64,000 nt of DNA. Origin: an uncultured Candidatus Binatia bacterium. Lineage in GTDB: Bacteria; Desulfobacterota; Binatia; DP-6. The DNA lies in assembly GCA_964618895.1 (NCBI GenBank), contig CAZUDO010000100.1, positions 1,044 through 65,043 on the forward strand. The letters run 5' to 3'. This document shows positions 36,220-46,073 of the stretch, in pieces. Position numbers and translations under genes: made by a program. Under the pieces are notes generated by a model that saw only the letters and a program-made list of their open reading frames with translations, made no database searches and was not told the DNA's origin. Within the stretch, counting starts at the first letter, position 1. The number at the start of each line of letters is the position of its first letter.

Positions 36220-37656
36220 CTAGGCGGAGCCCTCTGCCGGCAGGACGAGGCGAAAGCAGCTACCGTTCCCGGGGGTCGATACGAGGTTCACCGCTCCCCC
36301 ATGGGCGCGCGCGATCGCTTTCACGATGGCGAGACCGAGCCCGACGCCGTCCGAGTCTCCGGCCGTCGTGGCCGTGCTGTAGAACGGCCGGAAGATCTTC
36401 TCCTGCTCGTCGTGGGGGATGCCGGGACCCGAGTCCTCCACGGACACCGTCACGCGGTCGCCTCCGTTCCCCACCACAACCTCGACCCTTCCTCCCACCC
36501 CGGCGAACCGCATCGCATTGTGGAGCAGGTTGAGCAGTGCCTCCACGATCAGCTGCTTGCTGCCCCGCACGCACGCCGGCACCATCGGGCCACACCCGAG
36601 CCGCACGCCCCGCTCCTGCGCCAAAGGTGTCATCTGCTCGACCAACTCACCCACGACCAGCTCGAGATCGACCCTTTCACTGAACACGTGCTGGTCTCGC
36701 GCTTCATGATCGAGCCGCGCCAGGAGAAGCAGGCGGCCGCACATCCGCGTCAACCGCTCCAGCTCCTCCTGAACCCGCTCGAGCGGTCCCCGCAACTCGG
36801 GCGGCACACCGTTGCGGAGGATCATGTCCAGCTCGCCGCGGATGCGGGTGAGCGGTGTACGGAGCTGATGCGCCGCACCCGACGTGAACTGCTCCATCTG
36901 CTGCAACGATTGCTGCAGCCGGTCCAGCATCCCGTTCAGCACCATCGCCAACTGATCCAGCTCGTCATCGGCGCCGGACAGCGGCAAGCGCTCGGACAGG
37001 TTCGTCGCCGTGATCCTCGACGCCCGCCTGGTCATTCGCGCCACGGGCCTCAACGCGCGGCTCGTCACAGACCACAAGAGGACGAACACCACCCCAAGCC
37101 CCCCCGCCGAGTACAGCAGGGCGTACTCGAGGGAACGCTGCATCGCCGCGTTGAGCGGCCCCAGAGAGACTGCGACTTGCACGACCAGCGGGCCCCCGCC
37201 CCACGGGTTCGCAATCTCGCGCACGCGCTCGCTCCGGACCCGGATGCGTTCACCCGGCTTGCGGTCGCCGGGATACGCCGCCTCTTCGATCCGGACACGA
37301 TCCGCCTCTTCGTCACCCGCCAGGGCACTCGGGACGGGTAGCCTCGCCTCGCCGAGGTTCTTGCTCCGCGCCACAGGGCGGCCGTCCTCTGTGGCGACCT
37401 GGTAGAAATACGTGTACGGGGAGAACCGGTAGTTGGTCTCGATGGCGAGCAGCGCCTCGAGCGTGAGCTGCGATCCGCCTCCCGTGAGCACGGACAGCAC
37501 CTCGTCGCACTTGGTTTCCAACGTCTTCTCCAGCTGACCCAGGAGCTGTGCCTGCGTCCGCAGGTGGAAGACGATCATGAGGCCGGACGCGATCGCGACC
37601 GCCAACGCAAACGTCGACAGGGTGAGCTTCCAGCGGATCGACAGCCGCCGCGTCAT
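36220..37656 (-). CDS. Sensor histidine kinase (TM-HAMP-HisKA-HATPase)
   Basis: MTRRLSIRWKLTLSTFALAVAIASGLMIVF (TM1). H-box SGAAHQLRTPLTRIRGELD. C-terminal G-box GVGLGLAIVKAIARAHGG. Confidence 0.8.
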   Translation of the reverse strand: MTRRLSIRWKLTLSTFALAVAIASGLMIVFHLRTQAQLLGQLEKTLETKCDEVLSVLTGGGSQLTLEALLAIETNYRFSPYTYFYQVATEDGRPVARSKNLGEARLPVPSALAGDEEADRVRIEEAAYPGDRKPGERIRVRSERVREIANPWGGGPLVVQVAVSLGPLNAAMQRSLEYALLYSAGGLGVVFVLLWSVTSRALRPVARMTRRASRITATNLSERLPLSGADDELDQLAMVLNGMLDRLQQSLQQMEQFTSGAAHQLRTPLTRIRGELDMILRNGVPPELRGPLERVQEELERLTRMCGRLLLLARLDHEARDQHVFSERVDLELVVGELVEQMTPLAQERGVRLGCGPMVPACVRGSKQLIVEALLNLLHNAMRFAGVGGRVEVVVGNGGDRVTVSVEDSGPGIPHDEQEKIFRPFYSTATTAGDSDGVGLGLAIVKAIARAHGGAVNLVSTPGNGSCFRLVLPAEGSA

Positions 37657-38330
37657 GGCGGCTCCGGCGACAACACATACCCGATGCCGCGCACGGTATG
37701 GATGAGCTTCGCCTCGGAGCCGGAATCGACCTTTGTCCGCACATAGCGAATGTAGACGTCGATCACGTTGCTGAAGTAGTCGAAGTGCTGATCCCACACG
37801 TGCTCGGCGATCATCGTCCTCGTCAGCACGTGCCCCTGACTCCGGAGGAGGTATTCCAGCAGCGCGAATTCTTTGGGGGTGAGATCGATCGGGCGGCCAC
37901 CGCGCGTGACCTTCCGCGTCGCCAGATGCATCTCGAGATCGGCGGCGCGCAGGACTTCCTGATCGAGTTGAAGAGAGCGCCGCAGGAGCGCGCGGACGCG
38001 CGCCACCAGCTCCGCGAAGTTGAACGGCTTGACGAGGTAATCGTCGGCGCCGCTGTTCAGGCCGTGGATGCGATCACCGACGCCGTCCTTCGCCGAGATG
38101 ATGAGCACCGGGACGCGGCAGCCCTGCTTGCGGATCTCGGCCAGGACCTGGAACCCGTCCATGTGCGGGATCAGCAGGTCGAGGATGATGAGGTCGTACG
38201 GCTCGTGCAGGGCCAGATGGAAGGCATCGCGGCCGTCCGCGGACGAGTCCACGCAGAACCCCTCCTGCGTGAGCCCACGCTGCACGAAACTCGCGACCCG
38301 GAGGTCGTCCTCTACCAGCAGGAGACGCAT
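37653..38330 (-). CDS. OmpR-family response regulator
   Basis: MRLLLVEDDLRVASF...LIILDLLIPHMDG...winged-helix LTPKEFALLEYLLRSQGHVLTRTMIAEHVWD. 4-nt overlap with the kinase gene. Confidence 0.9.
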   Translation of the reverse strand: MRLLLVEDDLRVASFVQRGLTQEGFCVDSSADGRDAFHLALHEPYDLIILDLLIPHMDGFQVLAEIRKQGCRVPVLIISAKDGVGDRIHGLNSGADDYLVKPFNFAELVARVRALLRRSLQLDQEVLRAADLEMHLATRKVTRGGRPIDLTPKEFALLEYLLRSQGHVLTRTMIAEHVWDQHFDYFSNVIDVYIRYVRTKVDSGSEAKLIHTVRGIGYVLSPEPP

Positions 38331-38604
38331 GACCCGGCTCTGCCCACGAGCGAGGGACAGTACGCAGCGGTGAGTTCACCCACAATCTTCAGTGCCATGC
38401 CCGACCGCACCGCAGCTACACCTTCCCGAGCTCTAACGCAGTCCGCTGCGACCCGCCGCGTGCTCCGGCCACCGGGCGCCCGGATACCGCGGCACGCTGC
38501 ACAGCACTAGCAGCAGCGCTCGCCCTCGTGACCTGGAGCTTCCGGAAACGGGCATCCGGGGAACACCGCTAGGCGATTCCCCCGGGGGGTGTGAACCGGC
38601 GACG

Positions 38605-39993
38605 CTAGTGCAAGGCCGCCGACCCGGGGCCACCGCTGGCAGCGTCCTCCCGGGAGACTTCGCGATTCTCGAAGCGGGTGAACTCCTTCAGGAAGGTGAG
38701 CTCGACGGTGCCGATCGGCCCATTGCGCTGCTTGGCGACGATGACGTCGGCGATACCCTTCTTGTCGGAGTCCTCGAGGTAGTACTCCTCGCGGTAGAGG
38801 AAACAGATCACGTCGGCGTCCTGCTCGATGGCGCCCGACTCGCGCAGGTCGGCCAGACGCGGGATAGGCGGCTGGCGATTCTCGACCTGGCGGTTCAGCT
38901 GCGACAACGCGACCACCGGAAGCTTCAGCTCCTTGGCCAGGGCTTTCAGCGAGCGGCTGATCTCGGATATCTCCTGCTCGCGGCTGTCCCGCCCTTCCGC
39001 ACTATGCATGAGCTGGATGTAGTCTACGACGATGAGACCGAGCTTGGCCTCCGGGTCACGCTTCAAGCGCCGGGCCTTCGCGCGCAGCTCGAGCACGGAG
39101 AGCGCTGGTGAATCGTCGATGTAGATGGGGGCGTCGGCGAGGCGCCCAGCGGCCATCGCGAGCCGGGGAAACTCGCGCTCCGTCAGGTGCCCCGTGCGCA
39201 CGCGCGCCAAGTCGACGCGGGCCTCGGAGCAGAGCATGCGCATCGCCAGCTGCTCCTTGGCCATCTCGAGCGAGAACACCGCCACCCCGACATCGGCACG
39301 GAGCGCACAGTTCTCCGCGATGTTGAGGCAGAAGGCGGTCTTCCCCATACTGGGACGCCCGGCCACGATGATGAGGTCCGACGGCTGCAGCCCGGACGTG
39401 AGGCGGTCCAAGTCGACGAAGCCCGTCGGCACGCCCGTGACCGACTGCTTCTGCTCGTACAGGCGTTCGATGGTCTTGATCGAATCGACCAGGATGTCCT
39501 GCAGGCGCGAAAAGCTCGCCCGCACCTTACGCTCGGCAATATTGAAGATCGCCTGCTCGGCGCGGTCGAGCAGCTCGTTCACGTTGGTGGTGGCCTCGTA
39601 GCCTTTGGTGGCGATGTCGGTGGCCGCGGTGATGAGATCGCGCTGGACGGCGCGGTCGCGCACGATGCGTGCGTAGTGCATCACGTTGGCCGCCGTCGGT
39701 ACCCGCTCGGCCAGCTCGGCGAGATACGCGGCCCCACCGACGTCGGCAAGCTCGCCGCGCGCCCGCAGCATCTCGGCCAGAGTGATGATGTCGACCGGCT
39801 CGCTCTTTTCCGAGAGCGCGAGCATGGCGCGGAAGAGCTTGCGATGCGCGCCGCGGTAGAAATCGTCCGGCCGTACGAGCTCGACGACGCGATCGATGGC
39901 CGTATTGTCGAGCAGGACCCCTCCCAGGACCGATTCTTCGGCCTCGAGGTTCTGCGGCGGCACGCGCCGCAGGTTCTCTTCGATCGTGCTCAT
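38605..39993 (-). CDS. dnaB: Replicative DNA helicase
   Basis: N-terminal VPPQNLEAEESVLGGVLLD. Walker A GRPSMGKTAF. 462 aa with no intein-sized insertion. Confidence 0.9.
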   Translation of the reverse strand: MSTIEENLRRVPPQNLEAEESVLGGVLLDNTAIDRVVELVRPDDFYRGAHRKLFRAMLALSEKSEPVDIITLAEMLRARGELADVGGAAYLAELAERVPTAANVMHYARIVRDRAVQRDLITAATDIATKGYEATTNVNELLDRAEQAIFNIAERKVRASFSRLQDILVDSIKTIERLYEQKQSVTGVPTGFVDLDRLTSGLQPSDLIIVAGRPSMGKTAFCLNIAENCALRADVGVAVFSLEMAKEQLAMRMLCSEARVDLARVRTGHLTEREFPRLAMAAGRLADAPIYIDDSPALSVLELRAKARRLKRDPEAKLGLIVVDYIQLMHSAEGRDSREQEISEISRSLKALAKELKLPVVALSQLNRQVENRQPPIPRLADLRESGAIEQDADVICFLYREEYYLEDSDKKGIADVIVAKQRNGPIGTVELTFLKEFTRFENREVSREDAASGGPGSAALH

Positions 39994-40178
39994 CCCCGCC
40001 GCACCTGCCCCGTCCCCCAGACGCTACGGGCGGCGCTGTTCCGCGAGGACACGGTCGAGCGCCTGGCGGTCCCCCGACGACAGCGGCTCGTGGACCTGCA
40101 GTGCAGGGTCGAGCATGAGCAGGCGCCACACCATCGCGCTGGTCACCACACCGCCCGCGAGCATGAGCAGGGGCCCGA

Positions 40179-40928
40179 TCAGCGTACGCGGGGGTGCTCC
40201 GCGCCGCTGCTCTCTCCTGTCCGCCATGTTGCTACCCTCCTCCCAGCATCGAGCGGCGCCGCCGCCGTTTCGTCGAGCCGCAGCTGCAGCACGGGCCAGC
40301 CGCGGCGGAGCGCCATCCGGCGGAGCCGCGGGTCGGGGTTGACCGCCCGGGGTTCGCCGACGCGCTCGAGCAACGGCAAGTCCGTGATCGAGTCGGTGTA
40401 GAAGTAACTGCGCGCGAGGTCAACCCCCTGAGCGGCGGCGAACTGCTCCGCCCAATAGATCTTACCTTTGCCGTAGCACACCGGACGCACCGGTTCGCCG
40501 GTGAAGCAGCCGTCCTGGACGACCAGATCGCTGAACAACAGGTGGTCGATGCCGCAATCCGCGGCGACCGGCTCGGCGAGATAGCGCGTCGCGCTGGTGA
40601 TGATGGCGGTGACGTGCCCGGCGCGTCGATGCGCGTCGACCGTGGCGGTCATCGCCGGCAGGAGATAGGGCCGCAGCTCCTGGTGATACCAGCGCACGGC
40701 ATCGGCGCGGATGGTGGACTCGACCTTGCCACGGATGAACGACATGGACCGCGCCAGCGCCCGGTCGACATCGAGCAGACCGAGCTTGTAACGCAACACG
40801 TAGTAGACCGTGATCGCCACGTCGCGGCGCCGCGCCTGACCAGTGCGCCGCAGGTGCTGCATGTAGAGCGACGCCGAGTTGCGCGCGATGAGCGTGCCGT
40901 CGATGTCGAAAAGTGCCCCGACCGCCAC
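40179..40928 (-). CDS. HAD-superfamily hydrolase, subfamily IB
   Basis: ALFDIDGTLI (motif I DxDGT). Capped IB-type architecture. FYTDSITDLPLL (motif IV). Confidence 0.75.
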   Translation of the reverse strand: MAVGALFDIDGTLIARNSASLYMQHLRRTGQARRRDVAITVYYVLRYKLGLLDVDRALARSMSFIRGKVESTIRADAVRWYHQELRPYLLPAMTATVDAHRRAGHVTAIITSATRYLAEPVAADCGIDHLLFSDLVVQDGCFTGEPVRPVCYGKGKIYWAEQFAAAQGVDLARSYFYTDSITDLPLLERVGEPRAVNPDPRLRRMALRRGWPVLQLRLDETAAAPLDAGRRVATWRTGESSGAEHPRVR

Positions 40929-40931
40929 GGG

Positions 40932-42116
40932 CTACGAGCGCTCGACGACCATCGCGATACCCTGCCCACCGCCGATGCAGAGCGACGCCACACCGAGGCG
41001 CGCATCGCGATCGGCCATGGCATGTAACAGGGTGACCAACACGCGGCCGCCGCTCGCGCCGATGGGATGGCCGATCGCGATCGCCCCCCCGTGCACGTTG
41101 ACGCGGTTCTTCGGGATGCGCAGCTCGCGCAGGACACCGAGCGATTGGGCCGCGAACGCCTCGTTCAGCTCCCAGAGATCGACGTCCTCTTTGCGCAGCT
41201 TGGCGCGCTCGAGCGCCCTCTCGCAGGCGGGCCACGGCCCCATGCCCATGATCGACGGGTCGACCCCGGCGGAGGCATAGGCGCGGATGCGGGCGAGCGG
41301 GGTCAGCTTGAGCGCCTTGGCGCGGTCTTCAGACATGACCACCACCGCTGCCGCGCCGTCGTTGATGCCCGACGCGTTGCCCGCGGTGACGGTCCCCGCT
41401 TCCTTCTTGAACGCGGGCCGCAGTCCGGCCAGCCGCTGCGCTGTGGTGTCGCCCCGCGGATGCTCGTCGGTGTCAAAGACGATCGGGTCGCCCTTCTTGG
41501 CCGGAAGCTCGATCGGGACGATCTCGGCCTTGAACTTCCCGCCCTTCTGGGCCGCCGCCGTCTTCTGCTGGCTCTCGGCCGCGAACTCGTCCTGCTCCTC
41601 GCGCGGAATACCGTACTTGGCGGCGATGTTCTCGGCGGTGACCCCCATGTGCACCAGGGTGATCGGACACGTGAGGCCGTCGGCGATCATGGAGTCGAGG
41701 AGCTCGTCGTGTCCCAGCCGCACCCCGAAGCGGGCCTTCTTGAGGATGTAGGGTGCCCCGCTCATGCTCTCCATGCCGCCCGCGACGACGATCTCGGCAT
41801 CGCCGAGCTGGATGGCCTGCGCGGCGAGGACGACGGCCTTCAGGCCCGAGCCACACGCCTTGTTCACCCCGTAGCTGGGCACTTCCTTCGGAAGCCCGGA
41901 CTCGAGGGCCGCCACCCGGGCGGGATTGAGCCCGAGCCCGGCCGGCAGGACGTGCCCCAGGATGGCCTCATCGACCTGCCCCGGTTCGAGCTTGGCGCGG
42001 CGGATGGCCTCTTTGACGGCGATGGCCCCGAGCTTGGTGGCCGGAATCTGGGCGAGGGCCCCGCCGAGGGTCCCGACGGCGGTGCGCGTGGCACTGACGA
42101 TGACCGCGGTGGGCAT
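40932..42116 (-). CDS. Acetyl-CoA C-acetyltransferase (thiolase II)
   Basis: [16 protein letters not shown]...[12 protein letters not shown] (active-site Cys)...C-terminal [13 protein letters not shown]. Confidence 0.9.
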   Translation of the reverse strand: MPTAVIVSATRTAVGTLGGALAQIPATKLGAIAVKEAIRRAKLEPGQVDEAILGHVLPAGLGLNPARVAALESGLPKEVPSYGVNKACGSGLKAVVLAAQAIQLGDAEIVVAGGMESMSGAPYILKKARFGVRLGHDELLDSMIADGLTCPITLVHMGVTAENIAAKYGIPREEQDEFAAESQQKTAAAQKGGKFKAEIVPIELPAKKGDPIVFDTDEHPRGDTTAQRLAGLRPAFKKEAGTVTAGNASGINDGAAAVVVMSEDRAKALKLTPLARIRAYASAGVDPSIMGMGPWPACERALERAKLRKEDVDLWELNEAFAAQSLGVLRELRIPKNRVNVHGGAIAIGHPIGASGGRVLVTLLHAMADRDARLGVASLCIGGGQGIAMVVERS

Positions 42117-42472
42117 GACGAACCTCCGTTGGTATGCACGGCGTGCACGGAAACGCCGTGGGTCGGCGGACCCTAGCACGGCGCGCAGCTCGGACGCCAT
42201 ATACATCCAGGAGAGGCCTGCACCAATCGGAGGGAGACCAACCGCTTACGCCCCCGCGCCCCTTCTGCCCCCCACGCGATTGGTCCGTACACCCACCCCG
42301 CCAGCGCACGCGCGCTCCCCCGGGAAAGCACCCGACTCCTGGCCGGAGATAACCGCAAACTCCGTGACATTTCCCTTGACTACGGCCCCCGAGATGGACG
42401 ACGTTGCGCCTGCGTGCCCGACGCACGCACGGATACGCCACCGAGGCACCGAACCAGGGAGGGCATGCAGAG

Positions 42473-44635
42473 ATGGCTGCGACCGGTTGGATTCACAGAT
42501 CTTGGCTCCTATCTACCCTGTTCGCAGCGGCGCTTTCCGTGCCAGGGGCCCCGGCGCTTGCGGTCAACACCTGCAACGGCCTGCTGACGATCGACTACGT
42601 CGCCGGGCCGGTGTTCTCGATCCCGGGCGACACGATACGCGTTCAGCTGACCCTTGGCACGGGCAGCATCCAGGGCGGCACCAAGCTGAACGTGAATCGC
42701 GTCCGCTTCGATCTCGACTGCAACAGCGGCTTCGCGCTCGGGGTGCCGTGCACCGACGAGGGGGCCAAGATCGAGTACCAGGGCGACGGCACCATCACGA
42801 CCACCTGCGGCGTCGCGTTCACCACCGGGCACGCCGTCAGCAGCGCCCCGAATCAGGTCGTCTTCACGCCCAGCAGCACGATCATGATTCCGCCGAACCA
42901 GGCCATCCCCCCGGGCTTCTGCAATCTCGAGTTCGACGTGAAGATCCTGGCCCCGAGCACGGACGTGACGCCGACGCTCATCGAGCAGGTGGCCGGCTTC
43001 CTGATCCTGCCGAGCGACGCGATGTGCGACAACGGGCTTTCCTCGGGCAGCACGCAGGCCAGCTCCATCCCGCTCTGCCCGGCATGCAACGACAACAATC
43101 CCTGCACCACCGACGCGTGCAACCAGAACACCGGCCAGTGCGTGTTCACGAACCTCGCCGACAGCGCGCCCTGCCCCGACAACGACGGCAACGCCTGCAC
43201 GACGGCGGGCTGCACCGGCACCGGCACCTGCGACCAGAACCATCTGGTGGTCGTGTGCCAACCGGACGGCATCGACTGCACCGAAGACCCGCCGTGCAAC
43301 ACCATCACCGGCACGTGCGACCACCCGGCCCGGTCGGCCAGCACGCCGTGCACCGACACGGACGGCAACGCCTGTACCGCGGCGGGCTGCACCGGGTCGG
43401 TCGGCGGCGCCTTCCTCGGCTGCGATCAGAACCACGTCGTGACCGTCTGCACCCCGGACGCGAACGACTGCACCAACGACCCGCCGTGCAACCCGGCCAC
43501 CGGGCTGTGCGAGCATCCGAATACGCCCGACAGCACGCCGTGCGGCGACACCGACGGCGACGCGTGCACGGACGCAGGCTGCAACGGTAGCGGCACGTGC
43601 GATCAGGTGCACATCGCTACGGTCTGTACGCCGGACGCCAACCCCTGCACCGATGACCCGCCATGTAATCCCGCCAACGGGCTCTGCGAGAAACCGCCCG
43701 TGGCGGACAGCACGCCATGCGCCGACGGCGACGGCAACGCCTGCACGACGGCCGGCTGCGAGGCCGGCACCTGCGTGCAGACCCACCAGCAAACCATCTG
43801 CACCCCCGACAGCAACGACTGCACCGACGACCCGCCGTGCAATCCCGCCAACGGGCTCTGCGAGCACCCATCCGTCCAGAACAGCACGCCGTGCCCCGAC
43901 ACCGACAGCGACGCGTGCACCACCGCCGGCTGCGAGGCCAGCACCTGCGTCCAGAGCCACATCACCTGCACCAACGCCCCGCTGCACCACTACCAGTGCT
44001 ACGAGGTACGGAAGGACGCCTTCACCGGCCCCACCGTGAGCCTGCAGGATCGGTTCGGCACCGAGAGCGTCCTCGTGCAACGTCCCGACCGCCTGTGCGC
44101 CCCGGCCAACAAGCGGAACGAGGATCCTCCGGCCCCCGCCGATCCGATCCACCTGGCGGGGTACCGCATCCGGCCGCCGAAACTCATCCACCCGAACCAG
44201 GTGGTCATGAACCAGTTCGGCACCACGACCGTGGACATCATCAAGCCCGACCGGCTCATGGTGCCCACCACCAAGAGCCTGACCGCCACCCCGCCGGCGG
44301 CCCCGGGGCCGCCCACGATCGACCACTTCAAGTGCTACAAGATCCGGCGTACCGTCGACACGCCGCCGTTCGTGAAGCAGCTCGGTGTGCCGCTCGTCGA
44401 CCAGTTCGGTCCCATCACGGTCGACCTGCTGAAGCCGCTGCGCCTGTGCACGCCGGTCAACAAGAACACCGAGGACCCGACCGCGCCCGCGCACCCGCTG
44501 CACCTCCTGTGCTACCGGGCCAAGGTCAACGTACTCTTCGGCACTCTCAACCCGTTCATCACCAACCAGTTCGGCAGCCAACAGGTCGAACTGATCCGGC
44601 GCCAGGAGTTCTGCGTGCCGTCGACGGTGCAGTAG
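42473..44635 (+). CDS. Secreted protein with about six Myxococcus-type cysteine-rich repeats and three C-terminal repeats of about 85 aa
   Basis: Signal peptide MAATGWIHRSWLLSTLFAAALSVPGAPALA. Repeats CPDxDGNACTxAGCxGxGTCDQxHxxxVCxPDxxDCTxDPPCNPxxGxC. Then three units HYQCYEVRK..., DHFKCYKIRR..., LHLLCYRAK... Confidence 0.75.
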   Translation: MAATGWIHRSWLLSTLFAAALSVPGAPALAVNTCNGLLTIDYVAGPVFSIPGDTIRVQLTLGTGSIQGGTKLNVNRVRFDLDCNSGFALGVPCTDEGAKIEYQGDGTITTTCGVAFTTGHAVSSAPNQVVFTPSSTIMIPPNQAIPPGFCNLEFDVKILAPSTDVTPTLIEQVAGFLILPSDAMCDNGLSSGSTQASSIPLCPACNDNNPCTTDACNQNTGQCVFTNLADSAPCPDNDGNACTTAGCTGTGTCDQNHLVVVCQPDGIDCTEDPPCNTITGTCDHPARSASTPCTDTDGNACTAAGCTGSVGGAFLGCDQNHVVTVCTPDANDCTNDPPCNPATGLCEHPNTPDSTPCGDTDGDACTDAGCNGSGTCDQVHIATVCTPDANPCTDDPPCNPANGLCEKPPVADSTPCADGDGNACTTAGCEAGTCVQTHQQTICTPDSNDCTDDPPCNPANGLCEHPSVQNSTPCPDTDSDACTTAGCEASTCVQSHITCTNAPLHHYQCYEVRKDAFTGPTVSLQDRFGTESVLVQRPDRLCAPANKRNEDPPAPADPIHLAGYRIRPPKLIHPNQVVMNQFGTTTVDIIKPDRLMVPTTKSLTATPPAAPGPPTIDHFKCYKIRRTVDTPPFVKQLGVPLVDQFGPITVDLLKPLRLCTPVNKNTEDPTAPAHPLHLLCYRAKVNVLFGTLNPFITNQFGSQQVELIRRQEFCVPSTVQ
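43075..43975 (+). repeat. Coding tandem repeats (about 144-nt period, roughly 6 units) encoding the cysteine-rich repeats
   Basis: Periodic recurrence of gacggcaacgcctgcac...ggctgcac...ccgccgtgcaa blocks. Responsible for spurious antisense ORFs 43603..43974. Confidence 0.5.
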
Positions 44636-44708
44636 GGGCCGTCCGATCTCTGCACCCCGGCGGCGCGCTCGCGGGCGCGCCGCCGGGGCAGCGCCCCCCT
44701 CCCCTTCC

Positions 44709-46046
44709 GTGCGAACCAGGATCGCGGCCGGCGTCGTCTTGCTGGCAAGTGTGGTGGCCGCACCGTTCGAGCGTGCGTCTGCAACCACGTTCTACGTCCG
44801 GCAGACCATGGGGAAGGACGCCAACGATGGCCGCACCGCGGCCACAGCCTGGGAACATGTCGCACTCTTGTCGACCGTCCTGCGGGCCGGCGATACGGCG
44901 ATCGTCGGTCCCGGGCTCTACCGCGAGCAGGTCACGCTGGCGACCGACGGGACGCCTGACCGGCGCATCACGCTGATCGCCGACGCCACCGGGACCCGCA
45001 CCGGTGACCCGCCCGGCCCAGTCATGCTCGCGGGCGCCGACCCCGTGGACGAGAGCATCTTCACCGCCGGAGACACGCCCGGCGTCTACGTCGCCGCGTT
45101 CGTTCCCTTCGTGGTGTGGGGCGTGATCGAGATGGACGGCCCGCAGCACCGCTACACGCGCGCCACCAACACCCCCGAGCACCTGAACGAGCACCAGGCC
45201 CCCACCGCCGTCGTCGCCAAGCTCCCGGGGAGCTACTACCACGACGAGCAGACGCGCGTGCTCACCATCCACACCCGTGATGCCGCGCCGCCGGCAACCC
45301 ACGAGATCGAGCTGGTCCGCCGCGCCGCCGGGGTCTACCTGGCGGGCCGCCACCACGTGACCATCGTCGGGTTCACGTTCCGCCACATGCAGGACGCCGG
45401 CATCAGCTTCTTCAAGGGCTCGGGCGACGGCCTGGCGCTCGGCAACGTGTCGTACGGCAGCCGGCAGGGCATCCGGGTCTACGCCGCCACCGACATCACG
45501 CTGGCCGGCAATACGCTCTTCCGGAACGAGAACTCCGGGGCCTACTTCGCCGCCGAATCACGTCACAGCGCCGCCATCGACAACGTCGCCTATGAGAACG
45601 TGAAGGGCCTGCGCTGGAGCAGCCAGTCGACACACGCGGTGATCGCCGGCAACACGACCCTCGACAACTCGGAGCGGGGCATCGCGCTCGAGCATGTCGA
45701 CGACGCCGTCCTGCGCCGCAACACCCTCGCCAACAACGCGGTCTCCCAACTCCTGGTCCTGGAGAGCACCTACAGCGCCGACGACGACTGCTACGCCAGC
45801 GGAAGCCCGACACAGCTGGTCGCCGACTTCAGCCCCTTCCCCTTCGGCGATCGCTTCCCGACCCTCGCCGCCTACCAGACCGCCCGCCGGCAGGACCTGC
45901 ACGCTCGCGACGGGGCCTGCGGGCCGATGCCGGCACGGCTCGACGTCCAGGCCCTGCACACCGAGACCACCACTTACGCCGAGCGTGCGCGCGCCATCTT
46001 GCGCGGCGAGCGTCCCGGGTGGCTCGACTGGCTCTTTCGCCGCTAG
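44709..46046 (+). CDS. Secreted right-handed parallel beta-helix repeat protein
   Basis: Signal peptide. Repeated (L/I)xGNxxxxNxxxGI turns (NTLFRNENSGAYF, AGNTTLDNSERGIALE, RRNTLANN). Confidence 0.7.
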   Translation: MRTRIAAGVVLLASVVAAPFERASATTFYVRQTMGKDANDGRTAATAWEHVALLSTVLRAGDTAIVGPGLYREQVTLATDGTPDRRITLIADATGTRTGDPPGPVMLAGADPVDESIFTAGDTPGVYVAAFVPFVVWGVIEMDGPQHRYTRATNTPEHLNEHQAPTAVVAKLPGSYYHDEQTRVLTIHTRDAAPPATHEIELVRRAAGVYLAGRHHVTIVGFTFRHMQDAGISFFKGSGDGLALGNVSYGSRQGIRVYAATDITLAGNTLFRNENSGAYFAAESRHSAAIDNVAYENVKGLRWSSQSTHAVIAGNTTLDNSERGIALEHVDDAVLRRNTLANNAVSQLLVLESTYSADDDCYASGSPTQLVADFSPFPFGDRFPTLAAYQTARRQDLHARDGACGPMPARLDVQALHTETTTYAERARAILRGERPGWLDWLFRR

Positions 46047-46073
46047 CCGCCGCGCACCCCGTGGCGGCGGGGG

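Noticed and set aside
40024-40227. 67-aa ORF with one hydrophobic stretch
   Set aside because: It overlaps the 3' end of the HAD hydrolase gene by 49 nt in another frame. No RBS or other support.
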